Assembly: GCA_934122155.1 (NCBI GenBank)
Contig: CAKOVX010000007.1
Span: 4,924-68,923 of the forward strand
Origin: an uncultured Clostridia bacterium
Lineage (GTDB): Bacteria; Bacillota; Clostridia; TANB77; CAG-508
DNA: 64,000 bases
Reading direction: 5' to 3'
A program made the translations under genes and the position numbers. The notes beneath the pieces were generated by a model. The model was not told the origin of the DNA. It saw only the letters and a program-made list of their open reading frames with translations, and did no database searches. Positions 46,183 through 55,862 of this stretch are shown in pieces. The first letter of the stretch is position 1, and each line of letters opens with the position of its first letter.

Positions 46183-48591
46183 TTATTTTCTTAATTCAGC
46201 TCCCAAGTTTTTTTCAAGTTCTAAAATTATTTCTTTCATAATTTCATTTATTTCTTCATCTTTTAATGTTCTATCTGGAACTCTGAATTTTAAGCTATAT
46301 GCCACACTCTTTTTATTTTCTCCAAGCTTCTCACTTCTATACACATCAAATAGTTTAGCTTCTTCTAAGTTTTTCTTTGCTTTCTTCTGAATAATCTTTT
46401 CAATTTCTCCAACTTCTACATCTTCATTTACTACCATTGCAATGTCTCTTTCAATTGCAGGGAATTTAGTAATTGGAGCATATTTCTTGTTTTTTCTTGA
46501 ATATTTAGTAAGTTTATCTAAATTAATTTCTGCTAACAATACTCTTTGTGTTATGTCATAGTTCTTAGTAAGCAAAGGATTAGCTTCTCCAAATGTTGCA
46601 ATTATATCATTTCCTACTACAAAGTTTGCACATCTTCCTGGGTGATACATTGCATTGTCTTTTTCTTTTTTTATATCAAATTTTGAAACTCCTGATAATT
46701 CTATTGTGTCTTCAACAATTCCTTTTAAAGTGTAAAAATCTTCTTTATCACTATACATACCAATTGTTAAAATATTACTTTCTAACGGTAATTTTCCATT
46801 TTCAATTGCTTCATTTTTGTTTTGGTATATCCTAGACAAATCAAATAATTTTACATCTTTGTTTTTATAATTGTTGTTATTAGCAAGCATTTGCATCATT
46901 GTTGGTACAGATGTAGTTTTCATTAAGCTATAATCTTCACTAAGTGGGTTTTGAATTTTTATTGCTTCTTTTAAATATACATTACCCTCTGTAATATTAC
47001 ATTTAGCCAAATCTTTTTCACTTAAAAATCCAAATGTACAAATTTCTGATAATCCTATATTTACTAAAAATTTTGATATTTCATCTGATATTTTTTGTTC
47101 CTTGTTTTTTCCACCAAGTGTAGTTTCTGCATTTATTAGTGTTGTGCCAAGTTTGTCATAGCCATAAAATCTTAAAACCTCTTCTGCAACATCTGCTAAT
47201 TGTTCAACATCTTGTCTAAAATATGGTGGAACAACAATATCATTTTCTATTTGCATGTCTAGCTTTTTTAAAATATCTATCATTTCTTGTTTTGTCAAGT
47301 TTGTTCCTATTAAAGCATTTATTCTATCTACATTTAGAGGAATATTGTTTACTTTTTGTTTAGTTGGATATATGTCAACTTTTCCCTCTACCGCTTCTCC
47401 TGCGCCTAATAGTTCAACTAATTCTACTGCTCTGTTTATAGCTCTTATTGCATTTTCAGAAGATAGCCCCTTTTCATAACGGCTAGATGCTTCTGTTCTT
47501 AGTCCTACTGCCTTTGCTGTTTTTCTTACACTGCCACCGTTAAATACTGCTGATTCAAATACCACTGTTTGAGTATCTTCTTCTATTTCAGAGTTTTGAC
47601 CACCCATAACACCAGCAATAGCTACTGGCTTTTTGGCATCTGCAATAACTAACATGTTTTCATTTAATTCTCTTTCTTGATCATCTAATGTAGTTATTTT
47701 CTCACCATCTTTTGCTCTTCTAACTGTAATGTGTGTTCCATCTATTGAATTTATATCAAATGCATGCATTGGTTGGCCCATTTCTAGCATAACATAGTTT
47801 GTAATATCTACTATATTATTTATTGCTCTTATTCCACAGCTATTTAATCTTTTTACCATCCATTCTGGTGATGGTGCAATCTTTACGTTTTTTACAACCC
47901 TAGCGATATATCTGTAACATAAATCTGGAGCTGTAATTTCAACTGTTATCCCTTCTACATTATCTTTGTTCTCTATTTGCATTTCATCTATGTTTTTGCG
48001 TGGTGCTTTAAAAGGTTCATTTAATGATACTGCTACTTCTCTTCCTAAGCCTTCTATTGATAAGCAATCTGGTCTATTAGGAGTTATTTCAAAATCAATT
48101 ACTGTTTGATTTATTCCTAATACATCTTTTATGTCTTCTCCTATTTTGTTTTCCAATTCAGAGTCTAGTATCATTATTCCATGCTCTATTTGATTTGGAT
48201 AATTATTAATATCTAACCCTAATTCTCCTACTGAGCACATCATTCCACATGATTCTACTCCTCTTAATTTACCTGTTTTTATTTCTATTCCGCCTGGAAG
48301 TTTTGCACCGTTTTTTGCTATTGGAACTATATCTCCAACTTTAATATTATTAGCGCCTGTTACTATTTGTAGTATTTCTTCCCCAACATTTACTTTTGTT
48401 ACCACTAAGTGATCTGAATCTTCATGTGGCTTAATTTCTAATATTTTTCCTACAACAACATTTTGAATATCTTTTCCTTGTTCTTCAATAGTTTCTACCT
48501 TAGAACCTGTCATTGTTAATATATCGGCTAATTCTTTAGCAGTTATATTTATGTCTGCATATTCTTTTAACCACTCTATACTTGCTTTCAT
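46183..48591 (-). CDS. pheT: Phenylalanine--tRNA ligase beta subunit
   Basis: MKASIEWLKEY, a tRNA-binding domain, B3/4 and B5 domains and a FDX-ACB C-terminus. It lies downstream of pheS. Confidence 0.93.
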   Translation of the reverse strand: MKASIEWLKEYADINITAKELADILTMTGSKVETIEEQGKDIQNVVVGKILEIKPHEDSDHLVVTKVNVGEEILQIVTGANNIKVGDIVPIAKNGAKLPGGIEIKTGKLRGVESCGMMCSVGELGLDINNYPNQIEHGIMILDSELENKIGEDIKDVLGINQTVIDFEITPNRPDCLSIEGLGREVAVSLNEPFKAPRKNIDEMQIENKDNVEGITVEITAPDLCYRYIARVVKNVKIAPSPEWMVKRLNSCGIRAINNIVDITNYVMLEMGQPMHAFDINSIDGTHITVRRAKDGEKITTLDDQERELNENMLVIADAKKPVAIAGVMGGQNSEIEEDTQTVVFESAVFNGGSVRKTAKAVGLRTEASSRYEKGLSSENAIRAINRAVELVELLGAGEAVEGKVDIYPTKQKVNNIPLNVDRINALIGTNLTKQEMIDILKKLDMQIENDIVVPPYFRQDVEQLADVAEEVLRFYGYDKLGTTLINAETTLGGKNKEQKISDEISKFLVNIGLSEICTFGFLSEKDLAKCNITEGNVYLKEAIKIQNPLSEDYSLMKTTSVPTMMQMLANNNNYKNKDVKLFDLSRIYQNKNEAIENGKLPLESNILTIGMYSDKEDFYTLKGIVEDTIELSGVSKFDIKKEKDNAMYHPGRCANFVVGNDIIATFGEANPLLTKNYDITQRVLLAEINLDKLTKYSRKNKKYAPITKFPAIERDIAMVVNEDVEVGEIEKIIQKKAKKNLEEAKLFDVYRSEKLGENKKSVAYSLKFRVPDRTLKDEEINEIMKEIILELEKNLGAELRK

Positions 48592-48623
48592 CTTTATCAT
48601 CCTTTCTTTTAACTTCTACTACT

Positions 48624-49643
48624 TTAAAATTGTTTTAAAAATCTAATGTCGTTTTCATATAATAAACGCATATCATCAATTCCGAATTTTGCCATAGCAA
48701 TTCTTTCTACTCCAAAACCAAAAGCAAAACCTGAATATTCTTCTGGGTCAATTCCACAGTTTCTAAGTACATTTGGGTGAACCATTCCACATCCCAAAAG
48801 TTCTATCCATCCTTCTCCTTTACAAACTCTACATCCTTTTCCACCACATACAAAGCATGACACATCAGCTTCTGCACTTGGTTCTGTAAAAGGAAAATGA
48901 TGTGGTCTAAATCTAATTTCTGTTTTTTCTCCCAAACATTTTTTAGTAAACATTGCTAAAGTTCCTTTTAAGTCTGCCATTGATATATTTTTATCTATTA
49001 CCAAGCCTTCAATTTGGTGAAACACTGGTGAATGTGTTGCGTCTACACTATCAGAACGATACACTGCACCTGGGCAAATAATTTTAATTGGTGGTTTTTT
49101 ACTTTCCATTACTCTTGCTTGTACTGGTGATGTTTGTGACCTAAGTACTATATCGTCTGTAATGTAAAATGTATCTTGTATATCTCTTGCTGGATGATCT
49201 GGTGGTGTATTTAATTTGTCAAAATTGTATGTAGCAAGTTCTATTTCTGGTCCATCTGCAATTTCGTACCCCATACCAATAAAAATTTCTTCTACATCTT
49301 TAATAATTTGTGTTATTGGATGCACACTTCCTAAGTTTAGCTTTTTACTTGGCATTGTAACATCTATATTTTCATTTAATAATCTATTTTGAATTTCTAA
49401 ATCTGCAAAATGTTTTTCTTCATTTTCAATTCTACTTTCTAATTCGTCTCTTACTTGGTTAACCAAACTACCAATAATAGGTCTTTCTTCTGCTGAAAGC
49501 CCCCCCATTCCTCTTAATATTAAAGTAAGTTCTCCTTTTTTACCTAAATATTTAACTCTTACTTCATCTAATTCTTTTGCGTTTTTAGCACTATTTATTT
49601 CATTTAGCGCATTTTCTTTAATTTTAGCAATTTGTTCTTGCAT
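48624..49643 (-). CDS. pheS: Phenylalanine--tRNA ligase alpha subunit
   Basis: Motifs [25 protein letters not shown] and [13 protein letters not shown]. Confidence 0.95.
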   Translation of the reverse strand: MQEQIAKIKENALNEINSAKNAKELDEVRVKYLGKKGELTLILRGMGGLSAEERPIIGSLVNQVRDELESRIENEEKHFADLEIQNRLLNENIDVTMPSKKLNLGSVHPITQIIKDVEEIFIGMGYEIADGPEIELATYNFDKLNTPPDHPARDIQDTFYITDDIVLRSQTSPVQARVMESKKPPIKIICPGAVYRSDSVDATHSPVFHQIEGLVIDKNISMADLKGTLAMFTKKCLGEKTEIRFRPHHFPFTEPSAEADVSCFVCGGKGCRVCKGEGWIELLGCGMVHPNVLRNCGIDPEEYSGFAFGFGVERIAMAKFGIDDMRLLYENDIRFLKQF

Positions 49644-49649
49644 ATATGT

Positions 49650-49905
49650 GTTCCTTTCCGGTTAATACAAAAAACCCGTTTTGCCCTAATAGGACGAAAC
49701 GGATTCGTGGTACCACCTAAATTTATTAATTATTTATAATTAACCTTATTTTAGCTATAACGTTGCTAGCGCTTTTTTCTACTTGTTTTCAAAAAAAGAC
49801 CAAAAAAGTGAAATTTCTGTAAAAGGATAGTATAGGCTCCCACCGTTCCTACTCTCTAAAACCACCTTATCTTCTACTTACTTTGCTTTTTTATTGGCTT
49901 TGTTT
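49650..49905 (-). promoter_or_regulatory. T-box leader (tRNA-Phe sensing) of pheST
   Basis: On the mRNA strand: a stem I AGAGAGUAGGAACGGUGGGAGCC, a candidate specifier UUC-A in AAAUUUCAC (about 49810-49812), the T-box sequence AAAUUUAGGUGGUACCACG (49706-49722), and a terminator CCGUUUCGUCC...GGGCAAAACGG followed by UUUUUU. Confidence 0.8.
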
Positions 49906-49917
49906 TTTATGTTTTAT

Positions 49918-49946
49918 ATTCTAGCACCATTTTTTTGTAAAAGCAA
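49918..49946 (-). promoter_or_regulatory. Promoter of the pheST T-box leader
   Basis: On the minus strand: TTGCTT, a 17-nt spacer, then TAGAAT with an extended TG. Confidence 0.5.
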
Positions 49947-50034
49947 GTATTTTTTGCTAAATATTATTCAAAATCTAGTATTTTTGCTTATTTTGTGGTA
50001 CAATATATGCGTTAAATTTTAAGGAGGTAAAATT

Positions 50035-50760
50035 ATGTTAGAGCTTAAAAATGTTTCTTATTTTAGAGACAACAAACAAATTTTAGATAACATAAGTTTA
50101 AAAATAGATAATAGCAAGTTAGTTGCAATAACTGGGCCTAATGGTTCTGGAAAATCTACTCTTGCTAAAATTATTATGGGTATTTTAAAGCCTGATTCTG
50201 GTAGTATTTTCTTTGATGGAAAAGACATTACTGCTATGGGAATTACTGATAGAGCTAAACTTGGAATTGGCTTTGCTTTTCAACAACCTGTAAAATTCAA
50301 AGGTTTAACTGTTAGGGATTTAATAGAACTAAGCTCTGGTAATACTATAAATGTTTCAGAGGCATGTAACTATCTTTCTGATGTTGGTTTATGTGCAAAA
50401 GACTATTTAAACAGAGAAGTTAGTAATTCACTTTCTGGCGGAGAATTAAAACGTATTGAAATTGCTATGCTTGCAGCTAAAAAATCTAAACTTACTGTAT
50501 TTGATGAACCTGAGGCTGGCATTGATTTATGGAGCTTTAATAGCTTAATTTCCGTATTTGAAAAAATGCATTCTGAAATTAGTGATTCTTCAATAGTTAT
50601 TATTTCTCACCAAGAAAAAATTTTAAATATTGCAGATGAAATTATTTTACTTGTTGATGGAAAAGTACAAGCTGTTGGTCAAAAAGAAGAGGTTCTTCCC
50701 CTACTTTTAAATAACACTCAAAAGCCATGTAAGGTAATGCTTGAAAAAGGAGGTAACTAA
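50035..50760 (+). CDS. sufC: Fe-S cluster assembly ATPase SufC
   Basis: Motifs GPNGSGKSTL, LSGGELKRIEIA and LTVFDEPEAGIDL. It is paired with a SufB/D-family gene. Confidence 0.85.
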   Translation: MLELKNVSYFRDNKQILDNISLKIDNSKLVAITGPNGSGKSTLAKIIMGILKPDSGSIFFDGKDITAMGITDRAKLGIGFAFQQPVKFKGLTVRDLIELSSGNTINVSEACNYLSDVGLCAKDYLNREVSNSLSGGELKRIEIAMLAAKKSKLTVFDEPEAGIDLWSFNSLISVFEKMHSEISDSSIVIISHQEKILNIADEIILLVDGKVQAVGQKEEVLPLLLNNTQKPCKVMLEKGGN

Positions 50761-50761
50761 T

Positions 50762-51703
50762 ATGAGTAATGAAATTGAAAATAAATTAGATACAATTGAA
50801 AAAAATCTATTAAAAACCATTGCTGATATTGAAAAAACTCCAATTGGTGCATACAATATTCGTGAAAATGGCAAAGGCGTTGCAAGAAATACTACTGCCA
50901 ATATCGATATTGTCACAAAGCAAGATAAGCCTGGTATTGATATTATTATTAAACCAAATACTAAAAATGAAAGTGTGCACATCCCTGTTATACTAACTGA
51001 AGCAGGTTTTAATGATGTCGTATACAATGATTTTTATGTTGGTGAAAATGCTGATGTAGTAATTGTAGCAGGTTGTGGTATCCATAACAGCTCTTGCGAA
51101 ACTTCAGAACATGATGGTATTCATACATTCCACTTATCAAAAGGTGCTAAAGTAAAATACATTGAAAAACATTATGGAGAAGGTAATGGAACTGGTGATA
51201 GAATTTTAAATCCTCAAACAATTGTAAATCTTGAAGAAGGTTCTACATTAGAAATGGAAACTATTCAAATCGAAGGTGTTTCTTCTACAGTTCGTGAGAC
51301 TAAAGGTGAGCTTGGTGATAATACAAGTTTAGTTATTACAGAAAGAGTTATGACTTCTGGAAATCAAATAGCTAAAAGCATTTTTGATATTGACTTAAAT
51401 GGCGAAAATTCTAGTGTACATGTTGCTTCTCGTGCTATTGCAAGAGACAACTCTGTTCAAGAATTTAGTTCAAATGTTAATGGAAATAATAAATGCTTTG
51501 GACATGTTGAATGTGATGCGATTATTATGGATAAGGCAAAAGTTACTTCTACCCCTAAGATAGTAGCAAATGATGTTGATGCAAGTTTGCTTCATGAAGC
51601 TGCTATTGGAAAAATTGCAGGAGAACAACTTATTAAACTTATGACTCTTGGTCTTACAGAAAAAGAAGCTGAAGAACAAATTATAAGTGGATTTTTAAAA
51701 TAA
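50762..51703 (+). CDS. sufB: Short SufB/SufD-family Fe-S assembly scaffold protein (313 aa)
   Basis: A beta-helix region is followed by the C-terminus LLHEAAIGKIAGEQLIKLMTLGLTEKEAEEQIISGFL. The ATG at 50762 follows GGAGGT. Confidence 0.75.
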   Translation: MSNEIENKLDTIEKNLLKTIADIEKTPIGAYNIRENGKGVARNTTANIDIVTKQDKPGIDIIIKPNTKNESVHIPVILTEAGFNDVVYNDFYVGENADVVIVAGCGIHNSSCETSEHDGIHTFHLSKGAKVKYIEKHYGEGNGTGDRILNPQTIVNLEEGSTLEMETIQIEGVSSTVRETKGELGDNTSLVITERVMTSGNQIAKSIFDIDLNGENSSVHVASRAIARDNSVQEFSSNVNGNNKCFGHVECDAIIMDKAKVTSTPKIVANDVDASLLHEAAIGKIAGEQLIKLMTLGLTEKEAEEQIISGFLK

Positions 51704-51782
51704 ATCATAAATGTCAGCTAATTTTTAGTTGGCATTTTTTGTTGTACCTACATATTATATAAAAAAATATGGAGGTATTGTT

Positions 51783-52667
51783 TTGAAAAAAAATATATTT
51801 ATTGGTTGTGGTACAGCCTTAGTTACCCCTTTTACTGAAGATGGTGTTGATTTCAATACATTAAAAAAGCTTATTGATTTTCAAATTCAGCAAGGTACTG
51901 ATGCTCTTATTATTCTTGGTACAACTGGTGAATCTTCTACAATGACCTTAGAAGAAAAAAAGCAAGTTGCTAAATTTGCTATTGATAATGTACATAAGCA
52001 AATTCCTGTTATTGTTGGTGCTGGTGGAAACAATACAAGAGCTGTAATTGAATTTAGCAAGTATGCCGAAGTGGTTGGTGCAGACGGCTTACTTCTTGTT
52101 ACACCATATTACAATAAAACCACTCAAAATGGCTTAGTTATGCATTACACAGAAATAGCAAAAAGTACTTCTTTGCCAATTATTTTATATAATGTTCCTA
52201 GTAGAACTGGCTTAAACATAGAACCTAAAACTTGTTTAGAGCTTTCTAAAATTTCTAATATTGTAGCAATAAAAGAAGCAAGTGGCAACATATCACAAAT
52301 AGCTAAAATTGCTAGTTTATGTGGAGATAATTTATATATCTATTCTGGCAATGATGACCAAACCCTCCCTATTTTATCTTTAGGTGGAATTGGTGTTATT
52401 TCTGTACTTTCAAATATCGCCCCTAAGTTTGTGCATAATATGGTTTTTGATTATTTAAGTGGTAATTATACTTTAGCAAAAGATTCTCAAATAAAGGCAA
52501 TCCCTTTAATAGATTGCTTATTTAGTGAAACAAACCCTATTCCTGTAAAGTCTACTTTATCTATGATGGGCTATGAAGGTATGAGAGTTCGTTTGCCTTT
52601 AGTTACAATGTCATTGGAAAAACAAAAAATTTTAGAAAAAGAATTGCAAAAATTCAAATTGATTTAA
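51783..52667 (+). CDS. dapA: 4-hydroxy-tetrahydrodipicolinate synthase
   Basis: Motifs GTALVTPF, LGTTGESSTMT, TPYYNKT, YNVPSRTG and IVAIKEASGN. The TTG at 51783 follows GGAGGT. Confidence 0.92.
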   Translation: MKKNIFIGCGTALVTPFTEDGVDFNTLKKLIDFQIQQGTDALIILGTTGESSTMTLEEKKQVAKFAIDNVHKQIPVIVGAGGNNTRAVIEFSKYAEVVGADGLLLVTPYYNKTTQNGLVMHYTEIAKSTSLPIILYNVPSRTGLNIEPKTCLELSKISNIVAIKEASGNISQIAKIASLCGDNLYIYSGNDDQTLPILSLGGIGVISVLSNIAPKFVHNMVFDYLSGNYTLAKDSQIKAIPLIDCLFSETNPIPVKSTLSMMGYEGMRVRLPLVTMSLEKQKILEKELQKFKLI

Positions 52668-52769
52668 TGTTAATTTGTGGTAATTTATTAAAATTCTATT
52701 AATTTGGTATCATTTTGCATGTCTATGTGATATAATTTAATTAGAGTTAAAAAAAGGAGAAATTACTTT

Positions 52770-53321
52770 ATGACAACAAAAGATTTAATAGTTGAAAACA
52801 CCTCTTTAGAAGAGTTTTTTTCTATTATAAGTGATTTGATTAAAAATGATAAAGTTCAGAAAATGAAAATATATAATCAACATGCACATACTTCTTGCTA
52901 TAAGCACTGTATGCAGGTTGCATATTATACATATATAGTTTGTAAAAAATTAAATTTAGATTATGTTTCTGCTACTCGTGGTGCAATGCTTCATGATTTG
53001 TTTTTATATGACTGGCATAATCACATCAGAGAGGATAAAAGTTGGAAAGGTCAGCATGCTTTTATGCATCCAAAAGTTGCATTAAAAAATGCTACCGCAA
53101 TTTTTAATTTGAATAATATAGAAAAAGATGTAATTGTTAACCATATGTGGCCAGTTACTATTAAAATTCCACATTACAAAGAAACAGTCGTAGTTACATT
53201 TGCTGATAAATATAGTGCTTTGGTTGAAACTTGTAAATATATTAAAAGTATTTTGCATTCTAAAAAGTTTTACAAATATGCTTATGTGTTTTTAAGTTTG
53301 CTCATTTTTAGAATAATATAA
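52770..53321 (+). CDS. HD-domain phosphohydrolase with a C-terminal hydrophobic tail
   Basis: Motifs HAHTSCYKHCMQVA and GAMLHDLFLYDWH. Confidence 0.7.
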   Translation: MTTKDLIVENTSLEEFFSIISDLIKNDKVQKMKIYNQHAHTSCYKHCMQVAYYTYIVCKKLNLDYVSATRGAMLHDLFLYDWHNHIREDKSWKGQHAFMHPKVALKNATAIFNLNNIEKDVIVNHMWPVTIKIPHYKETVVVTFADKYSALVETCKYIKSILHSKKFYKYAYVFLSLLIFRII

Positions 53322-53363
53322 CTTAAATTGAATAGAATATATTAAATTATGATTCCTTAGGCG

Positions 53364-53415
53364 GAGTCAAAAATCATTATTAAAACTAAATTTATGATTT
53401 TTGACTCTGTTTTTT
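53364..53415 (+). terminator. Strong hairpin terminator between the HD gene and dapB
   Basis: Perfect 14-bp stem GAGTCAAAAATCAT/ATGATTTTTGACTC followed by TGTTTTTT. Confidence 0.7.
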
Positions 53416-53439
53416 AACCATAATTTAAGGAGGTATTCT

Positions 53440-54180
53440 ATGATAAAGGTTTTAATAAATGGAGTTAATGGGAAAATGGGAAATGAAGTTGCTAAATTAG
53501 TTAAGCAGCATACTAATATGCATTTATTAGGAGGTTTTGATAGAACTATAATGCATAATTTTTCATACCCTATTTATAATGATTTTAATAATATTTTTGA
53601 GTTACCTGATGTTGTTATTGATTTTTCTGCTCCTGAATCTACTATGAATTTATTAGAGTTCGCATTAAATAAAAAAATATCTCTTGTAATAGCTACTACC
53701 GGTTTTACTCAAGAACAGCAAAATAAAATTCTAGATGCTTCTAAATATATTGCTATTTTTCAGTCTTCAAACATGTCATATGAAATTACTTTAATGAAAG
53801 AAATTGTCAGCTTCATTTCTACCAAATTGTCAGATACTGAAATTGAAATTGTTGAGACACATCACGATGAAAAATTAGATAGTCCTAGTGGAACCGCTTT
53901 GGCTCTTGCAGATGCTATTCAAGCAGCAAATAATAATAAATATTTTTATGAATTAAACAGAATGCAAAAGCATGAAAAAAGAGAGGAAAATGAAATTGGT
54001 TTTTCTAGTATTCGAGGTGGTAATATTGTTGGTGAACATAGTGTAATATTTTTTAATGAAAATGAATGCCTTGAGGTTAAGCATACTGCTTATTCTCGTA
54101 GTATTTTTGCTGAAGGTGCATTAAAAGCTGCTGAGTTTATAATAAAGCAACCAGTAGGATATTATACTAATTTTCAATAG
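53440..54180 (+). CDS. dapB: 4-hydroxy-tetrahydrodipicolinate reductase
   Basis: Motifs MIKVLINGVNGKMG, VIDFSAPE and ETHHDEKLDSPSGTAL. The ATG at 53440 follows GGAGGT. Confidence 0.92.
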   Translation: MIKVLINGVNGKMGNEVAKLVKQHTNMHLLGGFDRTIMHNFSYPIYNDFNNIFELPDVVIDFSAPESTMNLLEFALNKKISLVIATTGFTQEQQNKILDASKYIAIFQSSNMSYEITLMKEIVSFISTKLSDTEIEIVETHHDEKLDSPSGTALALADAIQAANNNKYFYELNRMQKHEKREENEIGFSSIRGGNIVGEHSVIFFNENECLEVKHTAYSRSIFAEGALKAAEFIIKQPVGYYTNFQ

Positions 54181-54219
54181 TGGTAATATGAAAACTTTCA
54201 TATTACCACTATTATTGGC

Positions 54220-54609
54220 TTAAAATATATTTACAATTTTTAATGCAGATTTGTCTTTTATGTGTTCTAATATAAATACGCAATTGTCTAAATTTTCTAT
54301 TGCAAAATCATAATTTTCTGTTTCAACATCTGCTTTCAATTTTGCAAGTTCTGTGCTTACTTTTTCTAGTTCATTATGTTCTATATAATATGCTAAAGTT
54401 TCTGATTTTTTATCCCAAGTGTCATTTATTTTACTTATATGATCTTGTACTTCTTGTTTTTTTACATTTTCGCTTGAGATTTCATTTCTAAATGTGTTAA
54501 GCTCTTCACTCATTGTCTCTACTGTTTTATTTGTATTATTTTGAGTTATAATATTACCTGCTATAACTAGCACTATTATTATAATTATAATAACTAATTC
54601 TTTATACAT
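54220..54609 (-). CDS. DUF4363-type small membrane-anchored protein
   Basis: An N-terminal TM helix and a helical domain. It shows the usual Clostridial pairing downstream of a DUF421 gene. Confidence 0.6.
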   Translation of the reverse strand: MYKELVIIIIIIVLVIAGNIITQNNTNKTVETMSEELNTFRNEISSENVKKQEVQDHISKINDTWDKKSETLAYYIEHNELEKVSTELAKLKADVETENYDFAIENLDNCVFILEHIKDKSALKIVNIF

Positions 54610-54626
54610 ATTTCTCCCCTGTCTAA

Positions 54627-55298
54627 TTATTTTTCTTTTTTCTGGCAGAATATTTGTCCCTTTCCATCAAAAGTTACTATTAAGGCTTCTTGTGGTGTCA
54701 TATTAAATTTTTCCACTTGCTTTTTAAGCCATATTTCATTTTTACCAATTTTTCTTAAGTTTTCATTTAATACTTTCCCGTCTATTACTAAATCATAAGG
54801 TAAGCCCTCATAGTCTGGTTCTACATTAAAGTCTTCTGGTATTGTTGTACGCTTATTAGGCTTTTGAATTACAGTTACTTGTCCACTTGTTTCTAATATT
54901 GCATATTCAACATCACCTAAATTTACAACATTGTTTCCTCTTAGTCGTTCTTCTAATTCATTTATTGTAAATCTTTCTTTTTTCAAAGCTTTTTCGTCTA
55001 TTTTTCCTCTATATATTAGTATTGTTGGCCTTCCACATAAAATTTCTCTTCCTCTTATGCTTTTGATGTTTATAATAGAAATTACTAAATGCATTACTAA
55101 AAGTCCTAAAATTGGAATAATTCCGTTTGTAATTGGTATTCCAACATCTGTCATAGGTATTGATGCCAAATCTGCAATCATAATTGAAATTGCAAGTTCA
55201 AATGGCTGTAATTGCCCTATTTCTCTCTTTCCCATTAACCTCATAACTACCAAAACAAGTATGTATAATACAATAGTTCTTATTAAAGTTATTATCAT
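54627..55298 (-). CDS. DUF421 (YetF/YrbG-like) membrane protein
   Basis: Motifs VMRLMGKREIGQLQPFELAISIMIADLAS and TINELEERLR. Confidence 0.75.
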   Translation of the reverse strand: MIITLIRTIVLYILVLVVMRLMGKREIGQLQPFELAISIMIADLASIPMTDVGIPITNGIIPILGLLVMHLVISIINIKSIRGREILCGRPTILIYRGKIDEKALKKERFTINELEERLRGNNVVNLGDVEYAILETSGQVTVIQKPNKRTTIPEDFNVEPDYEGLPYDLVIDGKVLNENLRKIGKNEIWLKKQVEKFNMTPQEALIVTFDGKGQIFCQKKEK

Positions 55299-55439
55299 TT
55301 TTTAATCCTTTCACAAGTTTTTAATATAATTTTGAGCCAAAATAAAAAAATTATTCATTGTTTGAATAATTTTTGTTTTTGAGTAAATAATAAAATTAGC
55401 AAACCATGTAACTTATTTTTTAATTAAGGAGGGTTAAAC

Positions 55440-55811
55440 ATGTCAAACGAAAATACAAGTACTAATTCTAATACAAAAGGTACAGCTTGGCAAATAATTG
55501 GTAGATTAATCACTGCTGCCATAGTTCTTGCTATTACAGCATTTTTTACTCCTGGCTTTAGTATTAGTAATTTTTGGGCTTTAGCAGCTGCAGCAATTGT
55601 TCTTACAGTTATTGATTATTTAATTACTAAATTTACTGGCTTACATGCTAGTTCTTTTGGTAAAGGTTTTGTAGGTTTTGTTCTATCTGCAATAGTATTA
55701 TATGTAACTCAATATTTTGTTGCAGGTTATACTGTTTCTTGGATGGCTGCAATAGTTGGTGCTATTGTGTATGGAGTTGTAGACTACTTTATACCTGGCG
55801 AACAACAATAA
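55440..55811 (+). CDS. Small four-TM membrane protein (resembles DUF2512 or holin-4_2 proteins; family uncertain)
   Basis: Four hydrophobic segments follow a polar N-terminus. No phage genes are nearby. Confidence 0.5.
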   Translation: MSNENTSTNSNTKGTAWQIIGRLITAAIVLAITAFFTPGFSISNFWALAAAAIVLTVIDYLITKFTGLHASSFGKGFVGFVLSAIVLYVTQYFVAGYTVSWMAAIVGAIVYGVVDYFIPGEQQ

Positions 55812-55862
55812 TGTCACAAAAAGGACTTTTGCAAATTTGCAAAAGCCCTTTTCTTTTTAGGT

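Noticed and set aside
55440-55811. The four-TM protein considered as a phage holin or a sign of a prophage.
   Set aside because: There are no phage structural, lysin, integrase or repressor genes within the window. It is flanked by housekeeping genes, and the resemblance is only at the level of TM topology.
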